A stretch of DNA of 11,268 bases from Octopus sinensis (Eukaryota). Positions 8,258-11,268 of the stretch are shown one piece after another. The notes beneath the pieces are model-generated. The model was given only the letters and a program-made list of their open reading frames with translations. It was not told the DNA's origin and searched no databases. The DNA is taken from the NCBI RefSeq assembly GCF_006345805.1, contig NW_021826952.1:1-11268 (forward strand), written 5' to 3'. Made by a program: the position numbers and the translations under genes. Numbering within the stretch: position 1 is the first letter of the stretch; every line of letters begins with the position of its first letter.

Positions 8258-8421
8258 GGTGCAGGGGTAGCTGTGTGGGTAAGAAGCTTGCTGTTTGAAC
8301 ATGTAGCTTTTGGTTCAGTCCCACCGTGTTGCACATGTGGCAAGTCACTTCCACTGAGGTCCCAGGCCGACCAAAGCCTTCCTAGTAGATCTGGTGAACA
8401 GAAACTCTAAGAAGACCAACG
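8258..8421 (+). mobile_element. 5' part of a tRNA-related SINE running into a microsatellite
   Basis: GGTGCAGGGGTAGCTGTGTGGGTAAGAAGCTTGC...GGTTCAGTCCC...CCGACCAAAGCCTT...GAAACTCTAAGAAGACCAACGTATAT has A/B-box-like motifs and resembles an abundant octopus SINE head (recall). Confidence 0.7.
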
Positions 8422-8562
8422 TATATACATACATGTATGTATACATACACATACATATATACAGGTGTGTGTATATATATATGTATATATCTGTGTATAT
8501 ATATACACATATATATATATATATGTATATATCTGTGTATATATATACACATATATATATAC

Positions 8563-8593
<31 letters not shown>

Positions 8594-8765
8594 ACATATA
8601 TATAATATATATACATATATATATATATATATATCCATATATATATATATAATATATATATACAATATATATATATATCCAACACGGACATAAGTGTGTA
8701 TGCATATATGTAAATATATTATATACATACATGAGAAAAAATGTATGTATATATTATATACATAC
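8422..8765. repeat. Compound TA microsatellite with a 42-bp higher-order duplication
   Basis: TGTATATATCTGTGTATATATATACACAT at 8482 and 8524. Confidence 0.9.
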
Positions 8766-8929
8766 ATTTTTTTCTCTAGTTGCAGCTCAGAGCTGCAGCC
8801 ATGCTGATGCCCTGCTGTTTCGCCAAGCTAACATGGCAGTCCAGAACAATAGGACAGAAGCTGCTGTTGATTAGCTCCAAGATGCCATCGACTCTAGGCA
8901 GCTACGTGACACACAAACCTGTGTCCATT

Positions 8930-9380
8930 ATAACTAGTTTTTCTTCCCTTTCAATCACGGTTCCAGAGTTGCCAAATCCACTCAAGACATTTCTGCTGTG
9001 TATGGAGAAAGTTCTATTACTAAAAGAACTGCAAAAAAAATGGCTTTCACGCTTCACAGGGGGTGAAATTTGACCTCAAAAACTCTCCGCAACCTGGATG
9101 ACTTGTTCAGGTCTATGTTGGTCAATTGAACGAGACCATCTCTGAGGATCCACGCCAATCCACATAGAAGTAGGCCCAGTAGATACAATGCTTTCATGAT
9201 ACCGTCACATACCACCTTCAATCAATGAGTAAGGAACAAGATCCCGGTGCTTCAGTGCCAAACACACTCAACTAAAGAGACAAAATTCAGTGTTCCTCTA
9301 TCGCTGCCAGTTTGGTCAAAAAATGCCAGGAAACTCAAGATTTTCTTCAGTGCATCATCAGCAATCATCAAAAATGGTTC
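8930..9380 (+). mobile_element. Mariner transposase N-terminal pseudogene (different family from 1976-3090)
   Basis: With stops and one frameshift: FPFNHGSRVAKSTQDISAVYGESSITKRTA/KWLSRF../FDLKNSPQPG...EDPRQST...HDTVTYHLQSMSKEQDPGASVPNTL...[12 protein letters not shown]. This matches the mariner HTH region, the WVPHEL motif and IVTGDEKW. Confidence 0.85.
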
Positions 9381-9574
9381 CTTCTTCAGTTTTCATTCAC
9401 CCTTCATCTGTGCATTCCATTTTCCCAATCAGCATTTTTTCTTTTTTATATCTTGATTTCTCATGTACCAGTGTTTTGGTTTTCAAATAGAACTGAACGT
9501 GTGCTCAGAAAGACGATTCCATTTCACAAAGGCAGGGAATTATTTGTAGCTCTTATTTTAATAAAGTGTACACT

Positions 9575-9770
9575 GATATATATATTTATATATATATATA
9601 TATATATAATATATATATATATACATACACATATATGTATATATATACACACACATATATGTATACATACCAGTATATATATACATATATATACGTATAC
9701 ATATATATATATATACTTATATATATACATATACGTATACATATACATATATGTATATATATATATACGT

Positions 9771-9810
<40 letters not shown>

Positions 9811-9977
9811 GTATACATATATATATATATGTATGTATATATATATATATATATACGTATATATACATATATATATGTATATATATACGTATACATACAT
9901 ATATATATGTATATATATATATGTATGTGTGTATATATATATGTATATATATATACTGGTATGTATACATATATGTG
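9575..9977. repeat. TA microsatellite with six TACGTA units and inverted end markers
   Basis: TACGTA at ~9692, 9732, 9766, 9808, 9854 and 9886. CATACCAGTA (~9666) is mirrored by TACTGGTATG (~9954). Confidence 0.9.
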
Positions 9978-10331
9978 CAATTGTGTACGTCGTTCCCTCT
10001 CTCTTACTCCTCCTCCTCCTCCTCGACCCTCTCATCACTGACACGTGATCAGAGGGAAGCCATCTTTCCAACTGCTGTCTTCACTGAGACAAGACCACTT
10101 ATCCTGTCTCTCTCATAAGCTGTCTCCTTAAGCGTTCAGAATAATTTTTCCATCATCTTGGCTTAACAGACCTCATCGTTTGTTTTTACTATGTTATTCT
10201 CATTGTTCTGTCCTTTACTGTTTTTATTTGTATTGGTTTTACTCTCTTCTTTTGTTCTTACTGTTCTGTTCTTGTTAGCCACTTTTACCCCTCCGCAAAA
10301 AATGCCAAATTTTATTTAATTTCCTTTGCAG

Positions 10332-10428
10332 GAAGGACTGTTTCAACGAAGTCGCGTCTTGTCCTTGCCTTCGAAACGCGGAGTAGATGAAACAGGGACA
10401 ACTGAAGAAGGGGAATATTCCTTGTGGT
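10332..10428 (+). other. Possible exon (unconfirmed)
   Basis: Strong acceptor TTTTATTTAATTTCCTTTGCAG| after a long T-rich tract, and donor T|GTATGT. One frame is open (EGLFQRSRVLSLPSKRGVDETGTTEEGEYSLW). CpG-rich compared with its flanks. No recognised homology. Confidence 0.35.
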
Positions 10429-10539
10429 GTATGTCTTGTACTCTGTTTTTTCGTTGTTTGAAAAAAAAAGTTCGTTTCTATGTTTTTGTTTTTATGTTTT
10501 CGTTTCACATTGTGTTCAACGTTTTTTGGGATGTCCTAT

Positions 10540-10584
10540 GTATATATGCATATATTTATATGTTATTTAAATTATTACATACAT

Positions 10585-10623
<39 letters not shown>

Positions 10624-10870
10624 TCCATATATATACACATACATACGTAAGCATATATATACACATACAAACGTATATATATATATCCATATATATATAT
10701 ACACATTCATACGTATATATACATTCATATATATATATTACTCTACCACTGGTATTTGAGTACTCTTTTTTCCACCTTGTTTCACATTTATGTGTTTACT
10801 CCGGTATATATATATATATGCATACACACACACATACACTCCCTCTCTAACATATACAGACACAAGTATA
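10540..10870. repeat. Interrupted TA/CA microsatellite
   Basis: Visible dinucleotide tracts at 10540-10740 and 10805-10870. Confidence 0.9.
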
Positions 10871-10899
10871 TACTTGTTTGCCCATCAGTTTTATAAATA

Positions 10900-11268
10900 C
10901 CCAATGGTATCACACGGGAGAATGCAAATCATGGTGTGTGTGGGCGTGGCTAATCCACCTGACGATTACCCGGGTGGCTCAGCTGCATATCAGGCACCGG
11001 TCGCCTCCCAGGAATGAACACAAGAAGTTGGCTCGGGACCGGCACAATTTGCCTTTCCTTTGTACTTCTGCAATGCTGCTGTTTGGAATTTGCATCACCT
11101 GTGATGGCACAATTTCTTGTGCTTGCATTTCCCAGGCACCAAAGTTGATCTGAAAGCCCTTCAGTGAGGCTTTGAATTCATCCTTGAAGCATGTTTTCTT
11201 GTCTCCCTAGTGCATGCTTCGCTCCCAACAGGTCCATCTAAAAGATTCTCTCGGGTAGTCAAATGTCA
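10900..11268 (-). mobile_element. RTE-clade LINE 3' end (decayed ORF C-terminus)
   Basis: Minus strand: LPERIF...LGRQ/KTCFKDEFKASLKGFQINFGAWEMQAQE...IAEVQRKGKLCRSRA...CLIC*...WISHAHTH. This matches the RTE C-terminal pattern LP..L.YG..R..G.QKKRFKD.LK.SLK...WE..AQDR...C..C...GL.SH.R.H. Confidence 0.75.

Overview
AT-rich eukaryotic intronic/intergenic DNA. The tRNA-derived SINEs and very long TA/TG-type microsatellites resemble octopus (cephalopod) genomic DNA; this is from recall, not a search. No complete gene is present, and the long Y/I-rich ORFs in the track are microsatellite artefacts. The best coding signal is absent from the ORF track: a 142-nt minus-strand exon candidate (4418-4559) with canonical splice sites that encodes the N-terminal half of a nucleolin-like RRM. 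It lies at one end of a decayed ~480-bp triplication. Two copies of a separate ~550-bp tandem array further downstream on that strand carry phase-compatible acceptors that could complete its RNP1 motif (speculative). The rest is layered transposon debris: a hAT MITE with filled and empty paralogous sites, a TTAA piggyBac-type MITE, four mariner fragments (two sharing an internal deletion), several SINEs (one with a TSD, nested in a mariner) and an RTE LINE 3' end. The TA tracts contain fold-back structure, including a palindrome with 70-bp arms.
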